Shown piece after piece: positions 1 to 14,045 of a stretch of DNA of 64,000 nucleotides. Origin of the DNA: Octopus vulgaris (taxonomy: Eukaryota); NCBI GenBank assembly GCA_951406725.2, contig OX597814.1:66340001-66404000 (forward strand). The letters are read 5' to 3'. Under the pieces are notes generated by a model. The model was not told where the DNA came from and made no database searches. It worked only from the letters and a program-made list of their open reading frames with translations. Numbering within the stretch: position 1 is the stretch's first letter; every line of letters starts with the position of its first letter. Both the position numbers and the translations under genes were made by a program.

Positions 1-47
1 GTGGTAGTGGGGAAAACAAATACAGACACAAAAATCGCACACTTATA

Positions 48-263
48 CGAGGGCGTGCTGAAAAGTTCCAGGCTTTAAAGGTATTGCGAAAGGCCTACCC
101 GGCAACCCAACCTTCTAAGTTCTTTTACAGGGCTTAGAAAAACTGAAGGACCGCTGCAATAATAGTGTGAATCTGAGCAGGGAATATGTTGAATAAAATC
201 CTAGTTAACTGATCCTCCTGTATTTTCTTTTACCCTAAACCAGGAACTTTTCAGCACACCTCG
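48..263. mobile_element. Tc1/mariner-type MITE inserted in a SINE; split copy at about 46153-46848
   Basis: TIR CGAGGG(C/T)GTGCTGAAAAGTTCC; TA on both sides (46-47, 264-265). Confidence 0.85.
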
Positions 264-320
264 TACACGCATGCGCGCACACACACACACACGCACGCAC
301 ACGCACACACACACATACAT

Positions 321-353
<33 letters not shown>

Positions 354-2092
354 TGCATACATACATACATACTTATGCAACGAGCTGCTTACAGTTTCCG
401 TTTACAAAATCGATTTACAAGGCTTTGGTTGGCTCGAGGCTATAGCATAAAACACTTGCCCAAGGTTTCACACTGTGGGACTGAGCCCGAGACGATGTGG
501 TTTGGAAGCAAGCTTCTTACCACATTGCCACGCCTGCGCCTATGTTTCTTAATTTTGTCCTCATTAGATTTCCTTATTTTTTTCACCCCTAGAGCAGAAA
601 ATGTATTCCCTTAACCCCAGTTAACTTCCTTGTTGCACTTTATTCGTTTCCGCTCTAATTTTTCGGCATTTAGTTATTGATATAACATCACACGACTTCT
701 AGCGATGGAAAAGTGATTACATTCACTCTGAAATACATTTAATCTACAGTGGCATCGACCAGTGTTATTTGGAGCACTCTTTCAGAGCATGCTCTGTTCT
801 TGTTGGACACTAAATCTAAACTGAGTACATTAAATCATGTAAAAATAAAGAAGAAAGAAGTACGCACACGGTCTCATCGTCCATGTATCAAATGTGCAAA
901 ACGTTAGATGACAGAGAGACTGATTGCAAAGAAACATATAAGGACTGTTAATGCCGGTCAGATTGTGACTTTTACATCAATACCGAAAAATTGTGGCAGG
1001 CGGAGTTCTTTTTGTTTTGTCATCTTTGTTTTTTTAATACTCACCGTCACCTATTTCAGATGAACAATTAAAGAGTGATAATGGAGAAAGCAATATATCT
1101 ATGATCCATACAACTTCCAAAAACTATCATCGTGAACAGTTTTGTTGACAGTGGACAATTAGACTATCTCAAAAACAAAAACATCGAGTCTCTACAGAGC
1201 CTGGTCTCCTCTGAATCTGAAAATACTTCAAGTGATGAAAATAACGATAATGTGAATATTAATTAACTTCCACTGGCTTGTATGTACGAAGACGTAAAAG
1301 ACGTGATAGCACATTTATCTCACATCTCATAGACATTATTGATTTGATATGTGGTCAAGATCCACGAATGACTGCATAATTGAATGCTACATGCGATTTT
1401 GGTGTCAAATTCAAGCGGCCTTGGCAGATACTTCTAGAGAGAAACTGCTGGTATAACGGGGAGAAGGACAGTTACACGTCTCTATTAAGTGGCGAAATGA
1501 AGAAAATATTAAAGACGTTGTGAAAGATGCATGAAAAGTTACATGAAAATATCCAAGTCACATGATATTTTTTTCATTTATGGAAGTTAGAGTTACATGA
1601 ACAGCAAAATGGTGCCTTGTTGATTACAAGTTTTACTGAGTAAGCAACGGAAGTGCTGCTGGATCAAACTGCCTAAGACTACCATCGCATATCTATATGG
1701 TTAATGGTTAGTGGAAACAGAATCACTCTTTCATTACCAAGACAACATTATTTCCTTTGTTATATTATAATAAACACTGATGCTTAGATGATTTAGTACT
1801 AAAAACTTGTTGTACCACATTATTATGTTACTATGGATCTTTCAAAGATAAAAAATAAAGTTTGTCACGAACCATACACCTTTAAAGTTCACGTGCAAAT
1901 GAAGCAAATTTTGTTGCAATTGATTACAAGAATGATCTTCAACAAATTCGCTGATATCTTGACAGTTTTTCTTGTTATGTCATGTTTTATAAAGTACTTC
2001 TTCAGCAGCTTCAAACGAATGAAAATATAATCTAAAGAGGATAATGGGTTTACTAAACTGTGAAGTACTACCAAATACTGAGTAAAAATAAG

Positions 2093-2306
2093 ATGGTGAG
2101 CTTGTAGACTCGTTAGCACGCCGGGCAAAATGCTTAACGGCATTTCGTTCTGCTTTATATTCCGAGTTCAAATGCTACCGAGGTCGACTTTGCATTTCAT
2201 CCTTTCAGGGTCGGTAAGATAAGTAAAAGTTGAGCACTTGGGTCGATGCAATCGACTTACTTCCTTTCCCGAACTTCGTGGTCTTGTGGCCAAAATTTGA
2301 AACCAA
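2093..2306 (+). mobile_element. Nin/Deu-domain SINE; more than 10 copies (e.g. 5408, 9385, 23165, 26323, 32230, 34160, 53890)
   Basis: GAGTTCAAAT B-box followed by GAGGTCGACTTTGCATTTCATCCTTTCAGGGTCGGTAAGATAAGTA. Confidence 0.75.
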
Positions 2307-2712
2307 TACTAAATACTGAATTAAATTATTCTAACATTTTCTGGCAAAAATATTCACCGAATGATTGACAATTTTGCTTAGTTGCCAAGAAAGGCAAAAA
2401 CAATATTTCTTAAGTTGTATATTGTAATTTGGGCTGTGTAGCATCAATTAATAAAAAAAACCTTTATTAAAATTACTATTTGAGTGTTTCTGTAAAATTT
2501 CGGGCAAATCAATCCATCTGTTTTCTTCTTTAATCAAAAATCTTTGTGCACCAATGTATTTGTATCAAATTGTTATGCCATGTTTTATACAGTACAAATG
2601 TTCAATCAATGGAACCGCCTTCTTAATTGAGTTATTGTGGTTGAGTATTCCACCGATATTTTTATCTTTAACATAATCTTCAGGTAGAGTTAACATGATA
2701 CAGTTTGTGTCA

Positions 2713-2867
2713 CACTAGCGTAGTTAGAGTGTGTGCCACCCGTGGAGGCATTTCAGTTTGCCATCCCCGGGCCCCCACAAAAATACATATTACCAACAGC
2801 AGACCTAAAAGTGGTACGTCCTTCATAAGAGTGCCGGGGTAGACGCTAGTGATGTGCTACGCTAGTG
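2713..2867. mobile_element. Small hAT-type MITE
   Basis: 11-bp TIR CACTAGCGTAG; degenerate 8-bp TSD ttGTGTCA/acGTGTCA. Confidence 0.6.
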
Positions 2868-3332
2868 ACGTGTCAATGTTCGACCATTAAATTACCGGTA
2901 CAGCCCAACAGACGGGACCCAGCATTTTTGTCTACTAAGATTTCTCTTTTGAGATTTAAGTTGACTCCAGACGATGGTAGAAGACATTACGCAACATATC
3001 GCGTAGTAGGATCGAATCCAGGATCTCATAATCGTGAGTAGGATTTCTTCAATCATCCAGCTATACCCGTGCCATAGGTTTTATATTAACGTAATCATAG
3101 TATTTCTTGTCTTGGTTATAAAAAATATTCCTTGATTAATGAATCATCCATTTATTGCTTCAAATATAAGTTTGCAGAAATAGAGGAAGACTTTTTATTA
3201 GTTACAAGTACTGACAGCTGTCATAGAAATCAGATAAATTATTCACTGAAAATAAAGTTATGCTGCACCTTTTTAGAAATACTGTCTCTCTTTCTTTTTA
3301 TCAATAATATATTTTGGGCTTCTATTAATCTT

Positions 3333-3414
3333 GCTGTGATGGCCGAGTGGTTAAGGCGTTGGACTCGAAATCCAATGGGTAATGCCCGCGCAGGTTCAAA
3401 TCCTGCTCACAGCG
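3333..3414 (+). tRNA. tRNA-Ser(CGA)
   Basis: 82 nt; acceptor stem GCTGTGA/TCACAGC plus discriminator G; A box TGGCCGAGTGG; anticodon arm TTGGA-CTCGAAA-TCCAA (CGA at 3366-3368); long variable arm; B box GGTTCAAATCC; T-runs at 3425-3438 as Pol III terminator. Confidence 0.95.
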
Positions 3415-6315
3415 GTAGCTGACGTTTGTTTTGTTTTTGCAATGAATTTTTAAATATGATCAATTTATGTTTTAATCAGCTTGTGATTTTTAGGACTGTT
3501 AACTTGACCTTTGGAAATGAAAGACATGGTTGACTTCTATGGAATTTGAAGGTCCGGAACAAATACCACAATGTATTTTATACGATATTTAAATGACTCT
3601 GCTATTTCACAACAAATTGGCAAAGCCGATACAATGAGAGGCAAAATGCATCGCGGTATTAATTTCAGCTCTCAACGCTTTGCGCTCAAATTCTGTCGAG
3701 GCCAATTTTGTTTTTCATCTCTTCAATGTTGATGTATAAAGTGTTGGTTCAAGGTAGTCTATCAGAACGTAGGGCAATACCAGTTGGTTCTTTGCCTCCT
3801 TACAGCAATATCTGCGATGACACTACGTCCAGATTAAATGGGTCTTTGCCTTTTCTTAGACAATATCGGTGGCTTGAAGAGGGGACACTTTCATTACGTT
3901 GACAACTACTGTTCTTTCATAAAACAGAAACTTGCCCGGCAAGTAACTTTGGACAGAAATAATAGTCTTCGATATTTACACTGACACGAAGTTTCAATTG
4001 GTTTGATCTCCGATTATTATCGGGTATCTTACTCCAGAATACATACAAAGTGTCAAATTGGATTCGAAACAGTAACCTTTAGTTCTATTCTGGGAGTGAG
4101 AGCGCTCTTAGATAACTGACATATCTCTAAAGATAATGCTTAACTCATCTCAGTTATTTAGAAATTTACTCCTACACACAAAGGCTAGTTTTCTGGCCTA
4201 ATTGATCGCCCGAAGCGCGGACCCTAACCCTCTTTATTAGAATTGTGCTCTGTTCATATAGATGACATTTCACTCTCAAATAACCATTTCATCTCAATGT
4301 AAATAGGTATCATGCATGGTTGAAGGATTCATAATATATCACATGATTAGCATTCAGTGAATAATTTAAATCTAAGACTGCTCTCGTGTGGGGTGACATT
4401 TGTGAGACAGATAAAGCGAAAAAGTGCTTCAACAAATAATTCAAGGTGTATAAACATGACCAAATGGATTATAGACCTCACACAAAGGAATAACTTTAAC
4501 AAGTAGATACACAACTACTTCCTTTCTGTTTCTTAACAGAAGAAATATATGTTCTAAACGAAAACTTTAACGAATAGGAAGGATTTGAATATGTGAGTGC
4601 ATTTCTTCTTTTATTCTTGATATAATTGTTACGGCCCTTCAACTTCTGTTCAAATCCTGTCGTAGCCAACTTTGCCTTTCAAACTTCCAAGATAGACAAA
4701 ATGAAGTACCTGCTAAGAACTGGCGCACAGTCATATTCCTTTCATGCATCCTAAGTATGATTCAAATTATAGTTGAGGAAAATCATGTTAAAGAATAGAA
4801 ACATTGCACAATCAGCAAGTATTTTGTTTTTCTAGTTGAGTTTTCTTCACTGAATTCATAACTCATCGAGCAAGACACCTAACAATATGAAACTACTTCA
4901 AGACTTAGTATTAGTCTTGAGACACTATTTTGTCATGGTTAACTCTTCCATTGAATCTGAGTCTTGGTTCCAGTTGCCAATTAAGTCTGATAGCTACTTA
5001 GCAATAGTCTATCATAAGTTCATTACGCACCGACAAAAATCACTCTATCAATATGTGATTGTGAGATTCCAGATTTCTTAAATGTATTTTTTATATAAGT
5101 AATTTCTAAATACTTATATACTTCGCAGTATATTGGTGTTCTAATATTATTTAAGTTTTAACATATTTGGAAAAGTCTCACGAGACTTTCAACAAATAAT
5201 TTTGCTACATAATAAATAAAATCAATACAAATAAAAATGGCTAAATTTTTAAATAAAACGCAATAAGTCCTATACTTTTACAAACTTCTATTGCAACTGA
5301 TTATCTTCTACAATTTACAGCATTGAGCATATGAGAGAACAATCTCTCACAGATGTTGACGCTTGTCTACATGAGATATATTTCCTAATTATCTAACAAG
5401 CAAAGACGACGAGCTGACAAAATCGTTAACGCATCGTTAATGTTTCTTGTGACATTCGATCTTTACCTTCTGAGTTCAAATCCTGCCGAAGTCAACTTTG
5501 CTTTCCACCGTTTCGTGGGGGATCGATAAAGTAATGAAACCAGTCAAGTCCAAGGATCGATGGCATCAATTAACCCCACCATTCAAAACTGACCCTAAAT
5601 CAGAAACCATTATTCAACTGGAAAATCTGAGATGAAATAGCCGAGTGGATAAAAAATTGAGTTACATGCCCATAGATCATGAGTTCAACTTCATTGCAGG
5701 CAGTCACTGTGTTTCCATATTGCCCCAGTTCATTTAACTATCTAGGAATACCAAGTCATCATGGTACAGTTTAATTCTGATTGAAGGCGACGTATGAGAG
5801 TTTTAACAATAATAAAAAAAACAGAAAAACTCATCTCATATTTAATTTATCACATATATCTAGCCACTAACTAATATAACACCTTTCAGCCTTGGTAAGC
5901 TGAAGGATGTAGAATAAAATGTTTGCAATCGAACGGTGTGTCTGCAGTAGACTGAGACTTGAATTTAATCAAACCATCCATTTAACTGATATTTAATTTG
6001 TCGATCTGTTAAGAAGCAAAGCAAGTCGATGCTGACAGTATTTGAACTCAGAACATAATAGTAGTAATGAAATACTGCTCAGCATTTTGTTCACTGCTCA
6101 ACCGATACTACTATTCTATATTCCACAAACTACAAAATTAAAACAAAAGCAAACAAATGGGTTTTGTTGGTTGTCTTTGTCAAATCACAATTTCGTGTTG
6201 TGGCAGGATATGAATTTATGTATCTTTTAATCTGCAGCCTTTCATTGTTTAATATCGTCCCCATCAAAATTTTAACACTAAATGACTTCTTACAGTGAGA
6301 TGTATACTTCTCAAA

Positions 6316-6586
6316 AACATAACGAAGTGTCGGGACTTGACAGTAAACTATCTCTTCCAACCTGTGGCATTTGAGACGTTCGGAGGGAATGAGCTACTAA
6401 CTGCGAAGTTCTTGTCAACGTTGGCAACTCGTCTCACCGAGGAGTTAGGTGATGCCCATGAAGGCGCTTGGCTTTCCCAACGCCTTAGCCTCGCCCGTGG
6501 TAATGCTGCGGGTGTGCTGGCTTGCTTCAATAGGTTCCGTTGAACCTTGTGGTGCGCGACCAGTTGCTGTAGTAAAAAAAAAAAAA
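6316..6586 (+). mobile_element. 5'-truncated CRE-like (restriction-like endonuclease) non-LTR retrotransposon 3' end
   Basis: YLFQPVAFETFGG..FLSTLATRL..GDAHEGAWLSQRLSLA-RGNAAGVL* followed by a short UTR and A13 at 6574-6586. Confidence 0.75.
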
Positions 6587-6899
6587 TTCTTCACAAATGA
6601 TTTCAATATAGTTTTAACGGAAAGATTTGGAAGAAAAGTTCTCCAGTAATTTTCTTTCATGTAAATAAATGTTTAAGCTAATTTAAGAATTTGCCAGCAA
6701 AATCTTACAAAATAACAATGTTCTAAAAGAAAAGTTTCAGGAGGGGAAATAACTCTCACAAACTTAAGAGCAAAATTGAACACAAACATTTTAGAAAGAA
6801 CCATCAAATGATCGTTAGTTTATTGTAAGAGGATAACAAAACGAATGAATAAATGACTTGATGAGTAAACACTTAATGAAAATTCAATTAATAAACAAA

Positions 6900-7340
6900 A
6901 TTTAATAAAGAAACCAGTAGTAAAACCTGCTGTAGTATGAAGCTTCGTGATGTCTTGAGACAAGTAACCTCCCTTTAAAACGAAAACTTCCGGATGTTTC
7001 CGACTAATTGGTTTTTATATATTTTTAAAGCATAACTTTTATTCTTTTCAAAAGTTTGTAAGTCCAGCAAGACAATTATGTTTTACAATAACATTACAAA
7101 AATATTTCGAAACAGTTGAAATTAAAACTTAAAACTGATATTTCCGGAGTTTTGAAACTTTTCTGAAGATTTCATCAACAAACCAAAATGGGAAGCTGCG
7201 TGACGTTATCACTTTATCTCCAATTAAGAACAAAACTTTAATGTTGATTGACATTTGGCTGACACTTGGATACATTATAAAGTTATAGATGTAAGATAAC
7301 TTATTAAACTACCGCAACTATTGTCGATGTCATTAGGTAT
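6900..7340 (+). promoter_or_regulatory. Putative NPHP3 promoter and non-coding first exon
   Basis: Non-repetitive, CpG-retaining stretch with an ETS motif ACTTCCGG (6986-6993), a CRE-like TGACGT (7201-7206) and candidate donors gtaaga (7291) and gtatac (7337); CpG depletion begins shortly downstream. Confidence 0.4.
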
Positions 7341-8174
7341 ACTCACTGTAGTGTTTATTGACTTCCTCCTCCGCTCTCTCTCTCTTGACATTTTAGATAT
7401 ATACTTGCGTTTATATATTTGCTCTAAACTTCATGTTTATATATATATATATATATTCGAATAATTGCTTCCATGTATTTTTAAAATCTCTTTCCTAATA
7501 TTTTTTTCTTCTCTTAAACTATTTGGTTGGATGCCTTTAATACTAACTTTTGTGTTGTTTTACTTTTTTGTGCTTTCGAGATGTTAAAATAACATAACTT
7601 ATAAATTAGTGTAATGTTTAGTTTTCGTAAACTTTTTTTAAAGTTAGGTATTTTGAATATAGTTGTCGTTGTTATTTAACTGCGAGCCAGCTCTAATCGA
7701 GCAAACCTGTGGTCAAAGGCGTACCAAACAGTGGTCGTCCCTTTTATTTTATCTTTCGCCGTTAAGATATTTAGAACTATGTTATTCAATATATTTCTCT
7801 TCTTTAAATTTAAAGCTGTAATTGGAGAGAATTTGGAAAACAATTCTTGCAGATTGAGTAGCCACATAGAAGTTCCCTTGTCCACTCGTGGTGTTCATAG
7901 TTTTGTACTTTGGTAATACCTACCTGTAATCTAAACGTCCAGCCTTGTCACACTATATCACACAAATTCCATCTGAGAATTGCGTTAAGGGTTCACATGC
8001 CTAAGAAATGTTCAGTGACTTAAACGCAACTTCGATCAGCGAGTAATTCAGTTGATCGAACATTACTTTCGTAATTTCCATAAACACGAAAAATGAATAG
8101 GGACTTTATAACATGATAGACACGTTTGTCTCTCAAACTGTCGCAATACTTACCTATAGTGGAACTATGGACAG

Positions 8175-8672
8175 AATTCTGGTTTAAGCACCCCATATAA
8201 CCCCTCGATTTTTTTTTTCTTTTTTGTATTTTCAGAAATTTTTACAAATTTGTGTTCCACAGACAAGAATTCATACGATTACACAAAAACAAAAATGATT
8301 TAAGGATTTAGCTGTTATTTTTAGCACACATCTCACGTCCATCTGATATCTTCCTTGTTTCTTTGTGTCTCTGACAGGTATTGATGTTTTTCAATATTTT
8401 CTTCTCATAAACACATTTAATGGAATGATGATGCACCTAAGGGCGGTCCATTGCTGGGATTTAACCAAAAAATTCTGACTGTTCTTCCATTAAACTCTGA
8501 TTTTAAAAAATTCGAAAAAGAGTGGAAATTTTAGAATTTATGAGAATTTCCATTTTTCTCATAATCGTATGAATTCCCATGAGTAGAACACAAATTTACA
8601 ATAATTTTCTGAAAATACTCCAAAATAAGAGTTATGAGGTGTTATAAGGTGTGCTTAAATCAAAATGCCACT
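8175..8672. mobile_element. MITE with long (~100-bp) imperfect TIRs
   Basis: 8181-8283 is reverse-complementary to 8561-8661. Confidence 0.6.
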
Positions 8673-9574
8673 GATCTGTGTCTTCATCGACAACTTAAAC
8701 AGCCCTGCATGGAAGCTTTGCCTGAGGATACATGCTTTAATGTCAAAACTACTGTACTGATGAATCATGTGTATTATGAATACATATTACTTGAAAGAGA
8801 GGAGGTGTTCTCTGGTGACAAAAATAACAGCAATCAGATATTCTCATTTGAATATAGTAAAATGTATTAAGAATGACTATACACTTTATTGTTTGCATTC
8901 TCATTTTTCTCTATTCACCTCTTGAATATATTAGATAGACCTCATGAATATTAGGTAGACATCAGCATTCATCAGCAAATAAATTCTATAAACAAGAGCC
9001 AGTGCTCTTGTGAGATTCATTAATCTGGTGGAATAGCTTCAACTGAGGTGATGCACTATAAGATCAAAACACTGCAATTTCTCAGAGACCAACGAATCAT
9101 GAGTGTTATGTATACACATCATCTAAAGAGAAGTGTTTTCTGATGATGTCAGAACATCGAGGATGAATAGATACATTACAAGTTTTTAAAAGTTTATGAC
9201 AATGGAATACATTAAATCAGAGGAGCAATGGTTCTCAAATTCGTCAGTACATATGAAATAATGGAATGGCTTAAGTGATTTAGCTTTACTTCTTCCAGTT
9301 TTGTTGTGAATAGTCTTGTATAATGTTGTGCACTACCTTTTCAGTTATTGATATAAAAATTTGGATATAATATTTTATATTACAGCAAGCTTGTAGAATT
9401 GTAAGCATGCTGGGCAAAATGCTTAGCAGCATTTCATCCGTCTTTACATTCTGAGTTCAAATTCAACCAAGGTTGCCTTTACCTTTCACCATTTCAGGGT
9501 CAATAAAATAAGTACCAGTTACATACTGGGGTCAATGTAATCAACTAACCTCCTCCCCTGAAACTGATGGCCAT

Positions 9575-9784
9575 TCTCTTTTACTCTTTTACTTGTTTCA
9601 GTCATTTGACTGCAGCCATGCTGGAGCACCACATTTAGTCAAGCAAATCGACCCCAAGACTTATTCTTTGTAAGCCTAGTACTTATTCTATCGGTCTCGT
9701 TTGCTGAACTGCTAAGTTACGGGGACGTAAGCACACCAGCATCAGTTGTTAAGCAATGGTGGGGGGACAAACACAGACACATAA

Positions 9785-9821
<37 letters not shown>

Positions 9822-9991
9822 CACACATATACATATATGATGGGTTTCTTTCAGTTTCCGTCTACCAAATCCACTCACAAGGTTTTGGTCGGCCCAAGGC
9901 CATACACTTGCCCAAAGTGCCACACAGTGTCACTGAACCCAGAAACGTGGTTGGTAAGCAAGCTACTTACTACACAGCCACTCCTGCACCT
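9575..9991 (-). mobile_element. tRNA-derived SINE with internal (CA)n(TA)n; other copies at 1-541(-), 23660-23960(+), 45360-45625(-) and 61886-62354(-)
   Basis: Head AGGYGCAGGAGTGGCTGTG..GGTTCAGT, CORE-like CTTGGGCAAG, tail GACTGAAACAAGTAAAAG; the copies align with one another. Confidence 0.85.
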
Positions 9992-12900
9992 AAAATTTGA
10001 AACCAATATTTTTCATTACAGCTGACCATTAAAGAGTGCTCATGTGCATGATTTCTTGCTTATAAAAGAACAATTTGTTGGAGTGACAGCTCTGTTGGAT
10101 AAAACCATGTTAAATACTTTAAAAAACACAAATTTACCTATGTTGGGTAATTTAATTGTGGAAGCATTATTGTTTATTTTGTTAGAAAATTTAATGATAT
10201 TCTTTTGCATTGTGAAAACTTTCCAGTTTGGGAGAAACTGTGGCTGACAGACTCAATAGAGTTTTGGACAAAATGTTTACTTGTATTGAATCCTTTCATG
10301 GTCAATAAAATAAGTAGCAACCAAGTTCTAAGGTTATCAGTTTTTATCCTTTATGATTACATTGACATTAATAATTCATTATACAAGTATAAACTGATCC
10401 AGCACTTGATCAAATGTCTATGTCTCAACAAATATTTGGAGCCTTGTACCAATGTTAAAAATCACTGTAGGGGGAACTTGGATAGAGGTTTAACAATCGT
10501 CGTCATTGTTGTTGTTCAGGTCACTGCTTGGAATCAAACTCAGAATCTTGGGGTTAGTAGCCTGTGCTCTTAAAAAGAGAACTGAAATAAGCATTATGTT
10601 TGATAAATTGATCTAAATGCTAAAGGGTTAATTTTCTTTCGTTCAGATATAATGAAGGTACAGTGCAAGTCTGCTTCTTCAATGTGTGTGGCAATTGTGT
10701 CACAGTGCTATTGAAAGAGGCAAGGTTGTCTCTGATAGAAAATGTTTTACAGTTCCCATTCATGGAGGTAGTATGTGTCTAAGTTGTGTGTGTGGGTGCA
10801 TGCATGCATGGATGATGCTTATGTGTAGAATGCTAGTACCATCTGCAAAGGAATATTTAAAGCATTCAATATCTTGTATAATTACATGCAAATGCCAAAT
10901 ATAGCAATTATGAATTAATTAAAATTTTTATCATGCTGTGTATAGATTTTCACTTACATGAAGTATGGCCTTCTAAAGATGTGTAGAAGGTTTTGAAACC
11001 TGATTGAGAATATTGATTCCAAGCATGTTCAAAACTGACTTTTTATTTGTATTTTTTTTTTTTTTTTTCACAGCACATTATAAAATGTTCTATGATGAAA
11101 TCTTATAAAAAAGAACACAAAAGGAATTGGTTCTCTGTAAGTACTGTAATTCTTAACCTTTTGACACTTATAATCATCATTGTCATGATAATCATCATCA
11201 CTATCACTGGTTTTACATTTCATTTATTATTCTGGCATAGGTTTATTGTGTCTGCAATCTTAATGCATGTCTTAGTCCTATTACCAAACCTAATTGACTT
11301 GCCACAAATTTATGGATGTTTGGGGAAATTGACAATATTTTCACCGTTTACATGGAAGCATTTTTGTTTGAATGTTTTCAATAGAAGAAAGTCTATAAAT
11401 GAATTTCGCTGCAGCCGTCGGCGGGCAGCGAACTCATTAAAATTAAAATGGAAGAAATACAAACCTATTTCGGATTGATCACCCACAAAGACGGTGAATC
11501 TAGGATAACACTACCAAACGAAATAAAAAATAAAATTAAAGTAAAGACTATTGTCTATAAAGTATACAATGTAGAGAAAAAAAAAAGATTTGAACACCTG
11601 AAGGAAAGCACCATTGAAAAGTGTCTTGGTGCGACTATGAAAGATATCTAACCAGGGGCGGTAAATTTGCCACAATAGAAGTAAGGTTCGAGTCAACAGA
11701 GCTTGCAAGGGAGTACTCGACTTGAACCTTGCAAAGTGGAAATATTTTATTTTCACCTTTATATCTGGGATGTCCTACGCCCCAGATAAAAATTTTAAAT
11801 GTCCCTCCAGAATTAGAGGTAGGCTGGATTGTAGCCACACTTCTATACAAGAGGGAGGACAAGATACAATTGATCGAAATTGCAAGAGACAGGCCTACAA
11901 TTCCAGTCTGTTATATATTTTGAGTATTGTTATCACTAGCGATATCATGATATAACTTTGTATTTTATATTTTATGTGTAGATGTATATATACTGATGTA
12001 CATGTAATATGTACACATATATATACACATATATACATGCACTAGCACTATGACCTAGCAATGACGGGTCATAATGCTAGTTATAAATAAAAGTCATGTG
12101 CTCCTTTACAATAAAATGTGTCCAGTGGTTTCAACAATCAGTTCCTAGTTTTGATTCAATGATGGTGTCAAAGTAGTGTTATCATATTTAATACAATACT
12201 TAAAAGATTAATTAGGAATAATTATGCAGTAAGGAAAAGACTAAGTCAATTACTATAATTAGGATAATAATACTCATTGCCTGGTATTGTATTTTTGTCA
12301 CTGTATATTTATGTGTAATTAGCTTTTTAATGTGCAATACATTAAGTATGTTTAATTAACCTTTTAATGCTATGTAACACAAATTGACCATTGTTTTTCA
12401 TGTTTCTTGTATCTCTTAGTTAGATATTATGTAAAATATGTCAATTTCAAACCTACTAATGTACAACACTATACATCTAGTTTCTAATTCTTACGTCACT
12501 ACTTCAGCAAGTGCAGTGAAAGCTTGTGCTTTGCTGCAGAGTCAGATTAGATCAAAACATGAGTGAGATTGTCTTCCATGCTTCCTGGAATAATTACGAT
12601 AATATTAAGCATTGACCAATATTGCCATTTCATTGCTGCACAAATTATTCTGAATTAATTTTATTTTAATGATCACCACTTTGAATATTGTAACACTAAC
12701 TATTGTTCTTCATAAAAGTAGCAACCTTGAATAATTTCTCTCACTAATTTATTCTCTAAAATGACAGATAAATCTCCACTATCACACACATGCACATGTG
12801 CACACATCTACATACACACAAAACATAAACACCCCCCACACACACACACACACACATATGTTAGGACTCTATGCTATCAAAAGTAATATTTCTAGATGGC

Positions 12901-13359
12901 TTGGTACATATTTTTTGTAGTTAGGTAAATTGAGGTATATATCATGAAGTAAATCGTCCCTAAATTAACAAAAGTATGTCTTGCATGGATTAGCCTTTCT
13001 GTGCTGCTATAGGTAAGATACCTTACTCTCTTTCTTTCTCCCTATTTCAGATGTAAATTAGATATTTGTCCATCCCACTTCTATATGCTTAATGTTCAAA
13101 AGAGCAGCCATCTTTAAAACAAGACCACTTGTTTAATCAATCCATTTATTAATATTGCAGTTCTAACTTTGCAACAACCATTCTGTTGTTTACAATTGAG
13201 TGAAGAACACTATATTCTTCAAACCTTACAGTAGGCTAACTCTAAATGGCATCTGATTACCAGTGGATAGACCAATGTTTATATTCCGCAAATAGCATTG
13301 CATTATGAATATGGCAAAGCCCCCTCCCCTGTCTATCTATCTGTAAATAGGTACATTAT

Positions 13360-13566
13360 CCCTTTAGCATTCAGATGCAATCCTTATTTGTTCACATTAT
13401 TTTGAATTAGTCATGCATTATCTTGTAACTTTGAGATTTTGGTGATATGACAGCTTATGTTTAGAATAATAGTGTAGTGTAGGTGTAAGAGGCTTTATCT
13501 CACTGGTTTGAATATAAAATAGGTTGCATATTTAGACCTGATATGGCCAGTTTAAATGCTAAAGGG
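13360..13566. mobile_element. piggyBac-like MITE; another copy at 25341-25566
   Basis: TIR CCCTTTAGCATT / AATGCTAAAGGG with TTAA-like flanks. Confidence 0.65.
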
Positions 13567-14045
13567 TTGAATAGCTACAGTACACTGCTGATGACAGCAG
13601 GAACAAAGTAGAACTTCCACATGTTTGAGAACTACCATGTGCCTGGATAAAGATAGAAGCACCTCTTTTTTAAATTCTATCATAAACTCACTAAATTAGA
13701 CAAATTTTGAATGAGCCACATGTTTGTTTTAGTCAATACAACTCAAAACTAAATACACCTGCCATATCATGAATGGTATGAAAAGCATCAAATGTTAGCT
13801 GTTTAATTAATGTCTGAATTCGCATGGCTATTTTGGCTATGCTAACACAAAAAACAAAATGATAGAAGGGAAAGAAATATTGCTAGTGAATTTTAGTTAA
13901 TGTTTATATTTCTTTTTTTGTTCCAGGAGTTGATGTTAGCTTCCTACATAATATAAGATATAAAGGTGAATATATCTTGAAGGCTCTTATTGTAACATAT
14001 TGGCCCCCACCTATACTCAAAATTACGGAACTAAATATATTCAAC

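Noticed and set aside
3132-3422. 96-aa ORF ending AVMAEWLRRWTRNPMG..GSNPAHS
   Set aside because: It is a translation through the tRNA-Ser gene, not a protein
6950-6970. Possible RFX X-box for a ciliary gene promoter
   Set aside because: Poor match to GTNRCC-N0-3-RGYAAC
10950-11010. Hairpin CCTTCTA/TAGAAGG followed by GAAA
   Set aside because: No convincing CUGANGA box or stem I
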